Below, in pieces: positions 7,817-17,326 of a stretch of 29,305 bases of DNA. The DNA lies in contig JAQGDQ010002460.1 in NCBI GenBank assembly GCA_030141605.1, positions 1-29,305 of the forward strand, in the 5' to 3' direction. The notes below the pieces were generated by a model that made no database searches, was not told the DNA's origin, and saw only the letters and a list, made by a program, of their open reading frames with translations. Made by a program: the position numbers and the translations under genes. The DNA comes from Tubiluchus corallicola (Eukaryota > Animalia > Priapulida). The first letter of the stretch is position 1. Every line of letters begins with the position of its first letter.

Positions 7817-9643
7817 ATGTGTGGTATTGTAGGTTACATAGGCGACAGAGAGGCAAGTGAAGTTATATTAGATGGGTTAGCTAAGCTAGAGTATCGTGGA
7901 TATGACTCTGCTGGAATAGCAATTAATACAGGAAATGAAATAAAATTCCAAAAATATAAAGGACGTTTAGCTGTTTTAGAAAACAATTTAGCCAAAAACC
8001 CAATAGTAGGTCACATAGGCATTGGTCATACTAGATGGGCAACTCATGGTGAGCCATCTGATTTAAACTCTCACCCTCATTTAAATGAAAATGAGAAAAT
8101 AGCTGTTGTACATAATGGTATTATTGAAAACTATGTAGAAATAAAAGAAGAGCTGAAAAAAGAGGGAGTTGTCTTCAAATCAGATACAGATACAGAAGCT
8201 GTTGCTCATTTAGTTAATAAATACTTTGAAGGAGATTTAATAGAAGCAGTTTTAAAAACATTAAAAAAGATTAAAGGAGCTTATGCATTAGCTTTCATTG
8301 AAGAAAGCAATCCAGGTATGATAGTAGGTGCAAGAAAAGACAGCCCAATGGTTATTGGAGTTGGAAAAAATGAGAACTTTTTTGCTTCAGATGTGCCAGC
8401 TATTTTAAAGTATACTAAAAAGGTAATGTATCTAGAAGATGGAGAAGTAGCTATATTAACAAAAGATAATATAAAAGTAATAGATCAAAGCAAAAATATA
8501 GTTAAAAAAGAAGTTGATAATATCCAATGGGACATAGAAGCTGCATCTAAGGGTGGCTTTAAGCATTTTATGTTAAAAGAAATAATAGAGCAGCCTAGGG
8601 CTAACAATGAAACATTAGTAAGGAGAATAAATGACGATAATATGCTTGATTTAGGTGAGTTTGCCTTAAAAGAAAAAGACTTAGATAATATTAATAAAAT
8701 ATATATTGTTGCATGTGGAACAGCTTACTATGCAGGCTTAGTTGGAAAGTATGCAATAGAAAAATTTGTTAGAATACAAGTTGAAATAGATATTGCCTCA
8801 GAGTTTAGATATAGAAACCCTATAATAGATGAAAATACTTTAGTTATCGTTGTTAGTCAATCTGGAGAAACTTTAGACACTTTAGCAGCTCTTAGAGAAT
8901 CTAAAAGAAAAGGCGCTAAAATCATGGCAATTACTAATGTTATAGGATCATCTGTGGCAAGAGAAGCGCATAATGTATTTTTTACTTGGGCAGGCCCTGA
9001 AATAGCAGTTGCCTCAACAAAAGCCTATACTACTCAACTTATGTCATTTTATATGCTTGCATTAGATATTGCCTATAAAAAAGGAATGATGGAAGAAGTA
9101 GAGTACAAAGCTCATATACTTGAATTAAAAGAGATACCTAGTAAAATAGAATATGTACTAAATGAACAAGAAAGGATAAAAGATATTGCTAAAAAGCTTA
9201 TACACAAAAAAGATATCTTCTACTTAGGAAGAAACATAGATTTCTATGTAGCTCTAGAAGGTGCCCTAAAGCTTAAAGAAATATCTTATATACATGCAGA
9301 AGCTTTTCCTTCTGGAGAATTAAAACATGGAACCATTGCATTGATAGAAGAAGGTGTGCCAGTTATTATACTTGCTACTCAAAAAAAACTTATAGAGAAA
9401 TCAATATCCAATATAAAAGAAGTAAAGGCAAGAGGAGCTTATGTTATAGCTGTAACCAAATATAATATACAAGAGCTAGAAGATATTGCAGATGATATAA
9501 TATATATTCCTGAACTAGAAGATACTTTTGCAAGTATAGTATCAGTAGTACCACTTCAACTGTTAGCTTATTATGTATCTGACAAGAAAGGATTAGATGT
9601 AGATAAACCAAGAAATTTAGCAAAATCAGTTACAGTTGAGTAA
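7817..9643 (+). CDS. glmS: Glutamine--fructose-6-phosphate transaminase (isomerizing)
   Basis: MCGIVG, GHTRWATHG, SQSGET, ELKHG and C-terminal PRNLAKSVTVE; SD AGGAGG. Confidence 0.98.
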   Translation: MCGIVGYIGDREASEVILDGLAKLEYRGYDSAGIAINTGNEIKFQKYKGRLAVLENNLAKNPIVGHIGIGHTRWATHGEPSDLNSHPHLNENEKIAVVHNGIIENYVEIKEELKKEGVVFKSDTDTEAVAHLVNKYFEGDLIEAVLKTLKKIKGAYALAFIEESNPGMIVGARKDSPMVIGVGKNENFFASDVPAILKYTKKVMYLEDGEVAILTKDNIKVIDQSKNIVKKEVDNIQWDIEAASKGGFKHFMLKEIIEQPRANNETLVRRINDDNMLDLGEFALKEKDLDNINKIYIVACGTAYYAGLVGKYAIEKFVRIQVEIDIASEFRYRNPIIDENTLVIVVSQSGETLDTLAALRESKRKGAKIMAITNVIGSSVAREAHNVFFTWAGPEIAVASTKAYTTQLMSFYMLALDIAYKKGMMEEVEYKAHILELKEIPSKIEYVLNEQERIKDIAKKLIHKKDIFYLGRNIDFYVALEGALKLKEISYIHAEAFPSGELKHGTIALIEEGVPVIILATQKKLIEKSISNIKEVKARGAYVIAVTKYNIQELEDIADDIIYIPELEDTFASIVSVVPLQLLAYYVSDKKGLDVDKPRNLAKSVTVE

Positions 9644-9703
9644 AAAAACTTTATTAAATATATAAGTTAAATAATGCCATTTCGTTTTCTTAGGAGAATA
9701 GTT

Positions 9704-12700
9704 ATGAACAAAAAAATATTTTTGGGAGTAGTTTCTTTTATTGTTTGCTATAATCATATTTATGGAAGTTATGATAATTCTCAAAATATTATAAGTACAA
9801 AAAAAAATTCTACAAAAGTTTCTGACATTGTCAACAAAAGATCAATTACATTAAAAAAAATAAATGATACTTTACTAAGCGATAAAAATAAATCAGATAA
9901 TGAGAAGAAAATGGTTAGAAATGACAATACAAATAAAAGTTTTTCTAAAAAAGAATCATTAGAAAAAAAACTGAGAACAGATTTAGCAAGTAATTTCGAA
10001 GATATAAGTGGTGAATTTAATGACGTACAAATTAATGAAATTATTGTAAGTGCTTCTCAAAATAATGATACTCAAAGTGAAAAAACAGTAAAAGTAGAAA
10101 ATAGTAGCAATAAAACTATAACAAGTGTATCTGAAGATCTAAGTGCAACTAGCAACAAAGTTTTTCCTTTAAGTGATAAAAATGAAGATTTTAAAGAAAA
10201 AATTCCTAAAGATACTGTTAGGATTACAGGCGAAGATGCTACGATTGATTTAAATTCTAATACTGTTATATCTGAAGAAGGTCTAGAACTAGAATATGAA
10301 AATATAAAATCAAAAGTATATTCAGTGACCCAAGATAAAGAAAATAATGCTATAGATATAGAAGGAAAGTACTCCTTAGAAATAGAAACAGGAAATGGAA
10401 TAGTAAGGCTAGATTCTGAAAATGCCAATATATCCTTAGAAGAGGGTAATGCTACAGAATTTAGAGACTACAAAGGTGCTATAGATGTGAGTGAAGCAAC
10501 TAACGCTATTTCTCCTAATGAAAATATTTTTATAGGTGGAGAAAAAGTTGTCTATGATGGAGAAAATATTTTTTTAGAAGATAGTTGGATATCGACAGAC
10601 CCAGAAGTTCTTGCAGACGGAAAAACTAATGGAGATTACTTTATTCACAGTAAAAATATTGAAATTATTCCTGATAATAAAATGGAGATACGCTCTTTAG
10701 AACTAGAAATACAAGATAAAACTGTTTTAAAATTTCCTTGGTTTGCTCATAATATAAGACCTGGATCAAAAGTTCCACTATTTCCTAGAGTTTCATATGA
10801 TAGTGATGAAGGTAGTAGTGTAGAGTGGGGTATGAATTATGGAAAAAAAGATGATCCTCTAAAAGGGGGAGCCTCTTTAAAATATGCAAATGATTTAGGG
10901 GTAATGCTAGGAAGAGGTGAAACTTGGTATAAAACTAAAGGCCATGGAGAAGGAGCTATTATAATTGATGACACTGTTTTAGTAAAAACTGATGATGAAG
11001 CTGATAATAGATGGAAAGTAAGGCATGAACATGATATTACTAACGAGAAAGGAAATTTAGCTTGGGCTTATCAAAATATGACTGCAAACTTGCACCCAGA
11101 AGTTGATTTTGATGATCATGATATAAAAGAAGATGAGAGTATTCAATATATTAACTTAAAAAGTGATTTTAAAAACCTTGGATCTGAAGAGGATATTACT
11201 GTTAATATAGATAGCTATTTAATAGATAATAGAAGCTTTGAAGAAGAACTGGCAAGAGAAGAACTAGAAGATCTAAGTTTTTATGGCAAAAGAGATCAGG
11301 AATATTATTCAAATGCCTATATTGCTAAAGACAATAGTGATTATAAAATAGAATTCCATCACAATTATCTAGATGATTTAGACCCTGGATCTACAACAGA
11401 AGATGATAAATCAGAGCTTCATGGATATGGAATGTCTATAGAAGACAAAAATAGAAAAATAAAGATATCATATGAAGATGTAGAGCAAAATACGATGAGA
11501 CTTTTTACGTTTTGGGAGAGAGACCCTAGCTATGAGGATATATCAGAAGTTAAGTATACACCTTGGACAGTTGTAGAGTACGATGATTATAATAAAAGGA
11601 ACGCTCAACTTGATTTTGGAGAGTACAATATAAGAGGTAATGATACTATATCATTTCACCTAAATTCCAGCAAATACTATGAAAACTTAAATGAAGAAGA
11701 AGAAGACCCATTTAGAAGTCCATTAGTTACAAACAATAATAGAGACACAACTTTTAATAGGTTTAAAAATGTAATTGAAGAAGATGTAGTTGAAAACAAA
11801 GGTAGTATTGTATATAAAACTGATAATAAGTATAATCTTTATTTTGATATAGGTGGAGGAAATAAAAAAGAAAAAATAGAAGATAGAGAAGGAAACTATT
11901 TTGATGATAATTATGTAACTTATGAAAATAATTCAAATTTTGCAGAAGGTACTATAGGAATAGAGGATTATAAAAATGATATTTTTGGAAATGTTAGCTC
12001 AAACTATACTTTAAGATCAGATTTTTATGATGAAGGGGATACATCTTTAAAGCACCTACTTGAATTAAAACAAAATAAGGTTTATTATGATAATCTAGAA
12101 GATGATAGTAGAAAATCTGACTTAAAATTTACCAATGAAATATCTTCAATAGTACAGTATTATAATTATTCAGATGATGAAAGTATAACTAAAGAAGATA
12201 GGCTTAAGCATAAAGAAAACAAAATAGAGCTCTACGATAAAATGTCATTTGATTATGGTAATACGACAACTGATTACAACGTAGGTTATGCTCTTATTGA
12301 CGATGCTGGAGATAAAGAGCTTGAAAAAACAGTGTTTACTAATGAAGTTGATTTTAAAATAAATGGAGAAAGTCGCTTTAATGTTGCATATACTAAAACA
12401 GACCACTATACTAATGATACTGTTTTTAAAGATAATAAAAATTATATTGATGAAAGCACTTTTTCTGTAGCAACAAACTATAAAAATCACTCTCTATCAT
12501 TTACGCATGATGGAATAGATGAAAAACTGGAAGATTTTTCTTCTATTGATGATAGTTATGAGGAAATGGCTGGAAATACATTTAGCTATAAATGGAATAA
12601 CGATGATAAAAGTAAACTTTTAAACCTTAATTATTCTAGAGGGAAAGACTATAGATTTAACAACTCATTAGATGAAACAGAGTTAGATATATTACACAAT

Positions 12701-13600
12701 TACTACAATGCATCGTATACATTAAAAGGAGATGCAAATCATACTTTTAGGGCAGGCTTTAGAGAGCATATACATGATAAAAATAAAAAATACTCAACTG
12801 ATACAGTTTCACTAGGTTATACATATTCAAGAAATAAAAAAAATTCATCTTTAGGAGAAGAAGATCATATTTTAGATTTAGCTGAAGAATATTACAATAA
12901 AGATAAATTTTTTATAACAGTTGATGAAATAAATAAATTAAAAAAGATATTAGATGAAAAGAATAAAAAAAGTAATACAGCTAATGCTATATTACCCTTA
13001 AATGAATATGCTAAAACTGCTAATGATATAGATTCTGATGATTACTTTAAAAGGTTATTTACAGTATCACTTTCTGCTGAAAAGCACAAAGAGCTTTATA
13101 ATCAATCTGGAGATTACTTTGATAGTTTAACAGACATAAATTTTAGAATGTATGGTCAATATAACAGAATAGGATTAGGATATCAATATAATCAAGATGC
13201 ATCAGTAAGTGAGTCAAACTCCGTATGGAATAAAAGAGAAACAGAGAAAGAGCATAAAATATATGGAGATATAACTTTAGGAAAGCCAGGAAAATTTTTT
13301 ACTCTAGAAGGATTTGCTCTTCTTGATGAATATAAAGAAAATAATGGAGAAAAACTCTTAGATGAATTTGGAATAGCTATTGGTAAAGAATTTGGATATT
13401 ATAAAATCTCTCTTTTAGGTAAGGGGGAGTGGAAGCCTGATGACAATGACTATGAATGGGAAGCAGGGATAGAATTTTCACTTTTAACATTCCCAGATTC
13501 ACCAATATTGACTTTAGGAGCTGTAAATAAAGATTTAAAAACTAAATTCAAACCATATGTATTTGATGGTATTAATATTTATGATGATATAGAGTTTTAG
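9704..13600 (+). CDS. Large outer-membrane beta-barrel protein, probably LPS-assembly LptD-like
   Basis: Signal-like N-terminus (MNKKIFLGVVSFIVC; SD AGGAG favours ATG 9704). LptD-like junction VLKFPWF...KVPLFPRVSYDSDEG, aromatic-rich alternating strands, terminal Phe. Confidence 0.55.
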   Translation: MNKKIFLGVVSFIVCYNHIYGSYDNSQNIISTKKNSTKVSDIVNKRSITLKKINDTLLSDKNKSDNEKKMVRNDNTNKSFSKKESLEKKLRTDLASNFEDISGEFNDVQINEIIVSASQNNDTQSEKTVKVENSSNKTITSVSEDLSATSNKVFPLSDKNEDFKEKIPKDTVRITGEDATIDLNSNTVISEEGLELEYENIKSKVYSVTQDKENNAIDIEGKYSLEIETGNGIVRLDSENANISLEEGNATEFRDYKGAIDVSEATNAISPNENIFIGGEKVVYDGENIFLEDSWISTDPEVLADGKTNGDYFIHSKNIEIIPDNKMEIRSLELEIQDKTVLKFPWFAHNIRPGSKVPLFPRVSYDSDEGSSVEWGMNYGKKDDPLKGGASLKYANDLGVMLGRGETWYKTKGHGEGAIIIDDTVLVKTDDEADNRWKVRHEHDITNEKGNLAWAYQNMTANLHPEVDFDDHDIKEDESIQYINLKSDFKNLGSEEDITVNIDSYLIDNRSFEEELAREELEDLSFYGKRDQEYYSNAYIAKDNSDYKIEFHHNYLDDLDPGSTTEDDKSELHGYGMSIEDKNRKIKISYEDVEQNTMRLFTFWERDPSYEDISEVKYTPWTVVEYDDYNKRNAQLDFGEYNIRGNDTISFHLNSSKYYENLNEEEEDPFRSPLVTNNNRDTTFNRFKNVIEEDVVENKGSIVYKTDNKYNLYFDIGGGNKKEKIEDREGNYFDDNYVTYENNSNFAEGTIGIEDYKNDIFGNVSSNYTLRSDFYDEGDTSLKHLLELKQNKVYYDNLEDDSRKSDLKFTNEISSIVQYYNYSDDESITKEDRLKHKENKIELYDKMSFDYGNTTTDYNVGYALIDDAGDKELEKTVFTNEVDFKINGESRFNVAYTKTDHYTNDTVFKDNKNYIDESTFSVATNYKNHSLSFTHDGIDEKLEDFSSIDDSYEEMAGNTFSYKWNNDDKSKLLNLNYSRGKDYRFNNSLDETELDILHNYYNASYTLKGDANHTFRAGFREHIHDKNKKYSTDTVSLGYTYSRNKKNSSLGEEDHILDLAEEYYNKDKFFITVDEINKLKKILDEKNKKSNTANAILPLNEYAKTANDIDSDDYFKRLFTVSLSAEKHKELYNQSGDYFDSLTDINFRMYGQYNRIGLGYQYNQDASVSESNSVWNKRETEKEHKIYGDITLGKPGKFFTLEGFALLDEYKENNGEKLLDEFGIAIGKEFGYYKISLLGKGEWKPDDNDYEWEAGIEFSLLTFPDSPILTLGAVNKDLKTKFKPYVFDGINIYDDIEF

Positions 13601-13719
13601 AATGAGTAGCAAAAAGAAACCTTTGTATGATGTTATCTTTAAAATATCAGGGAAAGTAAAACTTGTATAAAACTTTATTGTACAGTTTATAAATTATTGT
13701 AAATACCCACACTTTTTAC

Positions 13720-13742
13720 GAGACCATTTTGGTCTCTTTTTT
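13720..13742 (+). terminator. Intrinsic terminator
   Basis: GAGACCA-ttt-TGGTCTC followed by T6. Confidence 0.8.
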
Positions 13743-13898
13743 CATACGTCAAAACTTTTACTCTTAGAAATATTTAAACTAACATTAACTTCCTAATTTT
13801 ATATTTAAAATTAAACATGTAATTTTTAACTTATATTATTTTACATCACACTTTTATTAAGTATATTCTATATTTTAGAAAAATTTTAACCTGTTATG

Positions 13899-13927
13899 TT
13901 GAAATGAAATAGTATTAATGTTATAAT
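13899..13927 (+). promoter_or_regulatory. Sigma70-type promoter of trpS
   Basis: TTGAAA-17 nt-TATAAT with extended TG, about 30 nt before the ATG. Confidence 0.75.
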
Positions 13928-13956
13928 TCTTATATTTATTTAGAGGTGATAAAAAT

Positions 13957-14934
13957 ATGAAAAGAAGCTTATCAGGAATACAACCAAGTGGTATTGTTCA
14001 TATAGGAAATTATTTTGGAGCTATGAAGCAATTTATAGGAATGCAGGACAGCTATGAAGGGTTTTATTTTGTTGCTGACTATCATGCTCTTACAACATCT
14101 CCAGACCCAAATACCTTAAGGGAAAATACTTTAAATGTTGTACTAGACTACCTAGCAATCGGCTTGAATCCTGAGAAATCAATTATTTACTTACAGTCTG
14201 CAGTTCCTGAGCATACTGAGTTAGCTTGGTTTTTAATGAATGTTACACCTGTATCTCTTTTAGAGAGATCACATTCGTACAAAGATAAAGTATCAAAGGG
14301 AATTGGAGCAAATCACGGGTTATTTTCATATCCTGTACTAATGGCTGCTGATATACTTATGTATGATCCAGATGTTGTTCCTGTGGGAAAAGATCAAAAA
14401 CAACATGTTGAAATAGCTAGAGATATTGCAACTAAATTTAATATTTTATATAATGATGAGGTATTTAAAATTCCTGAACCTATAATATTGGATAGTGTTT
14501 CTACTATAGTTGGTATTGATGGGCAAAAAATGAGCAAAACCTACAACAATACTATTGATTTATTTGCAAGTAAAAAGAAACTAAAAGGCCAGATTATGAA
14601 AATATTAACTGACTCTACTCCTCTTGAAAGTCCTAAAAATCCTGATAATTTAATTAGCATGTATTATTCTCTTTTTACCTCAAAAGATAATGTTGACTTA
14701 ATGAAACAGAAATTTGTTAGAGGAAACTATGGGTATGGGCATGCTAAAAGTGAGCTTTTAGAAGCTATGCTAGAATATTTTAAAGATGCTAGAGAAAAAA
14801 GAGAGGAATTGTTAAATAACTTAGATTATGTACATACAATTTTAGATGAAGGAGCTAAAAAAGCAAGAGATGTAGCTATTTCAAAAATTAAATATATAAA
14901 AAATAAAATAGGACTGTTAGGAAATGTATATTAA
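13957..14934 (+). CDS. trpS: Tryptophan--tRNA ligase
   Basis: SGIQPSG, HIGN, YPVLMAADIL, VPVGKDQKQH and KMSKT motifs. Confidence 0.97.
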   Translation: MKRSLSGIQPSGIVHIGNYFGAMKQFIGMQDSYEGFYFVADYHALTTSPDPNTLRENTLNVVLDYLAIGLNPEKSIIYLQSAVPEHTELAWFLMNVTPVSLLERSHSYKDKVSKGIGANHGLFSYPVLMAADILMYDPDVVPVGKDQKQHVEIARDIATKFNILYNDEVFKIPEPIILDSVSTIVGIDGQKMSKTYNNTIDLFASKKKLKGQIMKILTDSTPLESPKNPDNLISMYYSLFTSKDNVDLMKQKFVRGNYGYGHAKSELLEAMLEYFKDAREKREELLNNLDYVHTILDEGAKKARDVAISKIKYIKNKIGLLGNVY

Positions 14935-15048
14935 TTTTTAAATATTTTTTTCAAATAATTTATTTTTCTATATACTTGATTTAATAAAATAGTAATCCAA
15001 ATAATAGAAAAAAATTAATAAAAATCATTTCAGTTAATAATATTAAAG

Positions 15049-15092
15049 ACCTTTGCACGATATTTTTTATAAATATAATATAATGCAAAGGT
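15049..15092. other. Inverted repeat between convergent genes (possible terminator)
   Basis: ACCTTTGCA ... TGCAAAGGT, a perfect 9-bp stem with a 26-nt AT-rich loop. Confidence 0.4.
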
Positions 15093-15114
15093 TCTATAAA
15101 GTATTACTAAGATT

Positions 15115-15471
15115 TTATTGATTTCCACAACAATGACTATTATTACTATTACATTTACAATAGCAGTTGTTTTTTGTAATATTTATATTTTTTAGATTTT
15201 CTCTATATTTACTTAAGTTTTCTTTTCTAATTTTTTCTAACTGCTTATCTTCTGTTATTATTTCCATTCCTTCTTCTATATAAGTATCACACCCTTGTAC
15301 TATTTTACTATTTACAAAAATAACACATACTTTGCAACAATAGCCTTCTATTTTATCAAAATAACATGGAGCTGGGATGATTATTCCAATAGAATTTGCT
15401 ATTTCGACAATATTTTTTTCCACATACTCTTTATTAACAGTAATATTATTTCCATCAATTTTTATATTCAT
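15115..15471 (-). CDS. Small 2Fe-2S-binding protein (NuoG/hydrogenase N-terminal-like) with Cys-rich tail
   Basis: IKIDG...IPAPC...CCKVCVI...GC...EGMEI pattern. Confidence 0.75.
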   Translation of the reverse strand: MNIKIDGNNITVNKEYVEKNIVEIANSIGIIIPAPCYFDKIEGYCCKVCVIFVNSKIVQGCDTYIEEGMEIITEDKQLEKIRKENLSKYRENLKNINITKNNCYCKCNSNNSHCCGNQ

Positions 15472-15517
15472 AATATTTCCTTTCTTTATGTAATTTTAAT
15501 GTCTATCTAAATAAAGT

Positions 15518-16816
15518 TTAAATCAAATTAAATAATCTAGGTAACATTAAAGATATTTCAGGGATGTAAGTTAGTAATATAAGAACTGTTATTAAGGCTA
15601 TAAAGTATGGAATTAGTGGTTTTATAACTTTTTCTATTGAAATGTTTCCAACACTACAGCCGACAAATAGAGCACTTCCAACAGGAGGAGTCATTATTCC
15701 AATGCATAAATTAAATACAAGAATTATTCCAAAATGTACAGGGTGTAACCCTAATTGTGTTGCTATAGGTAAAAATATAGGGGTAAAGATAAGAACAGCT
15801 GGAGTTAAATCCATGAAAGTTCCAACAACTAATAATGTAATATTCATAATCAGTAATATTATTACTTTATTTGTTGAAACTGATAAAATCATTTCACTTA
15901 TAGCTTGAGGTATCCCAGTATAAGCCATAACCCATGACATTGCTGAAGATGAGGCCACTAAAAACATAATTACTCCTGTAGTAGTTGCAGTTTTAATTAG
16001 TATATCTTTCATTTTTTTTAATGTTAAACTTTTATAAATTAAAGATAAAACAAGAGTATATGCCACAGCTACAGCAGCTCCTTCTGTTGCAGTAAAAGCA
16101 CCAATAATGATGCCACCAATAACTACTATTATAAGTAGCAAACTTGGTATTGCATCTAAAAAAGCTTTTAAAGCTTCCTTAGGAGAGACTTTTCCTCCAA
16201 CAGGATAGTTATTTTTTTTAGCATCTAAAAAAGCAACTATCATAACAGACAATCCCATTAAAATACCTGGTATATAACCTGCAATAAATAAAGCAGATAT
16301 AGAAACCCCTCCTGCAACTAATGAATATAGTATTAAAACACCACTAGGTGGTATTAACATACCTGTTGCACATGATGCAATATTAACAGCAGATGAATAA
16401 GCAGGATCGTATCCTTCTTCTTTTTGAAGAGGTGCTAGAGTTCCTCCAATAGCTGCACAAGCTGCAACAGCTGATCCAGATAAAGACCCAAACAACATAT
16501 TTCCAAGAACATTGGTATGTGCTAATGAACCAGGAAGTTTACCCCCAATAACTTTTGCAAAATTAACTAGCTTTCTTGCAATGCCTCCATTATTCATTAT
16601 ATTTCCAGAAAGAACAAATAAAGGTACTGCGAGTAAAGAAAAACTATTGACTCCATTTATCATCTTTTGTGTAATAGTAAATAAAGCAATATCGGGTAAT
16701 GTAACGACTAATGCTGTAATCATTGAGGAAACGCCTATGCTTATAGATATAGGAACTCCAATGATTAATAGTATAAGAAATATGACAAACAATATTAATG
16801 CTGCTTCAATAGCCAT
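15518..16816 (-). CDS. dctM: TRAP transporter large permease
   Basis: LLAVPLF, SGSAVA, GMLIPPS, FTATEGA and TPPVG motifs; multiple transmembrane segments. Confidence 0.92.
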   Translation of the reverse strand: MAIEAALILFVIFLILLIIGVPISISIGVSSMITALVVTLPDIALFTITQKMINGVNSFSLLAVPLFVLSGNIMNNGGIARKLVNFAKVIGGKLPGSLAHTNVLGNMLFGSLSGSAVAACAAIGGTLAPLQKEEGYDPAYSSAVNIASCATGMLIPPSGVLILYSLVAGGVSISALFIAGYIPGILMGLSVMIVAFLDAKKNNYPVGGKVSPKEALKAFLDAIPSLLLIIVVIGGIIIGAFTATEGAAVAVAYTLVLSLIYKSLTLKKMKDILIKTATTTGVIMFLVASSSAMSWVMAYTGIPQAISEMILSVSTNKVIILLIMNITLLVVGTFMDLTPAVLIFTPIFLPIATQLGLHPVHFGIILVFNLCIGIMTPPVGSALFVGCSVGNISIEKVIKPLIPYFIALITVLILLTYIPEISLMLPRLFNLI

Positions 16817-16840
16817 TTAATGTCTCCTTTCATTATTGTT

Positions 16841-17326
16841 TTACTTTGTTTTATCAGCTGAGTCTATCTTTAAATCTTCCAAAATATTAGTTATTTGATA
16901 AAAAACAATTATTATTCCTGATATATATGAACAAGAGTATATTATTCCCCTTGAAATTTTTAATATGGGAGTTTTTATTTCTATAACACTTGAAGATACT
17001 TTTAATCCACCATATATTAACACAATAAATGCAAATAATAGAATTATTATATCAATTAAAATATAAATAAATATTTTTCTTTTTCCTTTAGATTTTTCTT
17101 TTAAAAAAATTAAAGACATATGTTGACGAGTTCCAAAAGCGTAAGCAGCACTGAAAAAAGATGTCCAAATTAAAATAATTCTAACTAATTCTTCAGTAAA
17201 AACACTAGGATTGCCTAAAATATATCTAGTTATGACTTGCCACAAAACAAGTCCTGTCATAACAATTAATAGTATTAAAATCATATAGGATAAAGCTTTA
17301 GTTACTTTAGATTTTAATTTATCCAT
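16841..17326 (-). CDS. dctQ: TRAP transporter small permease
   Basis: Four transmembrane segments, QVITRY and TEEL.R motifs. Start at ATG 17326 (SD GGAGG) overlaps the uidA stop. Confidence 0.88.
   Translation of the reverse strand: MDKLKSKVTKALSYMILILLIVMTGLVLWQVITRYILGNPSVFTEELVRIILIWTSFFSAAYAFGTRQHMSLIFLKEKSKGKRKIFIYILIDIIILLFAFIVLIYGGLKVSSSVIEIKTPILKISRGIIYSCSYISGIIIVFYQITNILEDLKIDSADKTK

Noticed and set aside
13602-13670. 22-aa ORF MSSKKKPLYDVIFKISGKVKLV directly after the LptD-like stop
   Set aside because: No clear SD, no Trp codons that would indicate attenuation, and no recognisable homology; its length is compatible with chance.
13601-13956. T-box riboswitch upstream of trpS
   Set aside because: There is no GGTGGNACC T-box motif, and a near-consensus promoter lies about 30 nt before the ATG, leaving no room for a leader.
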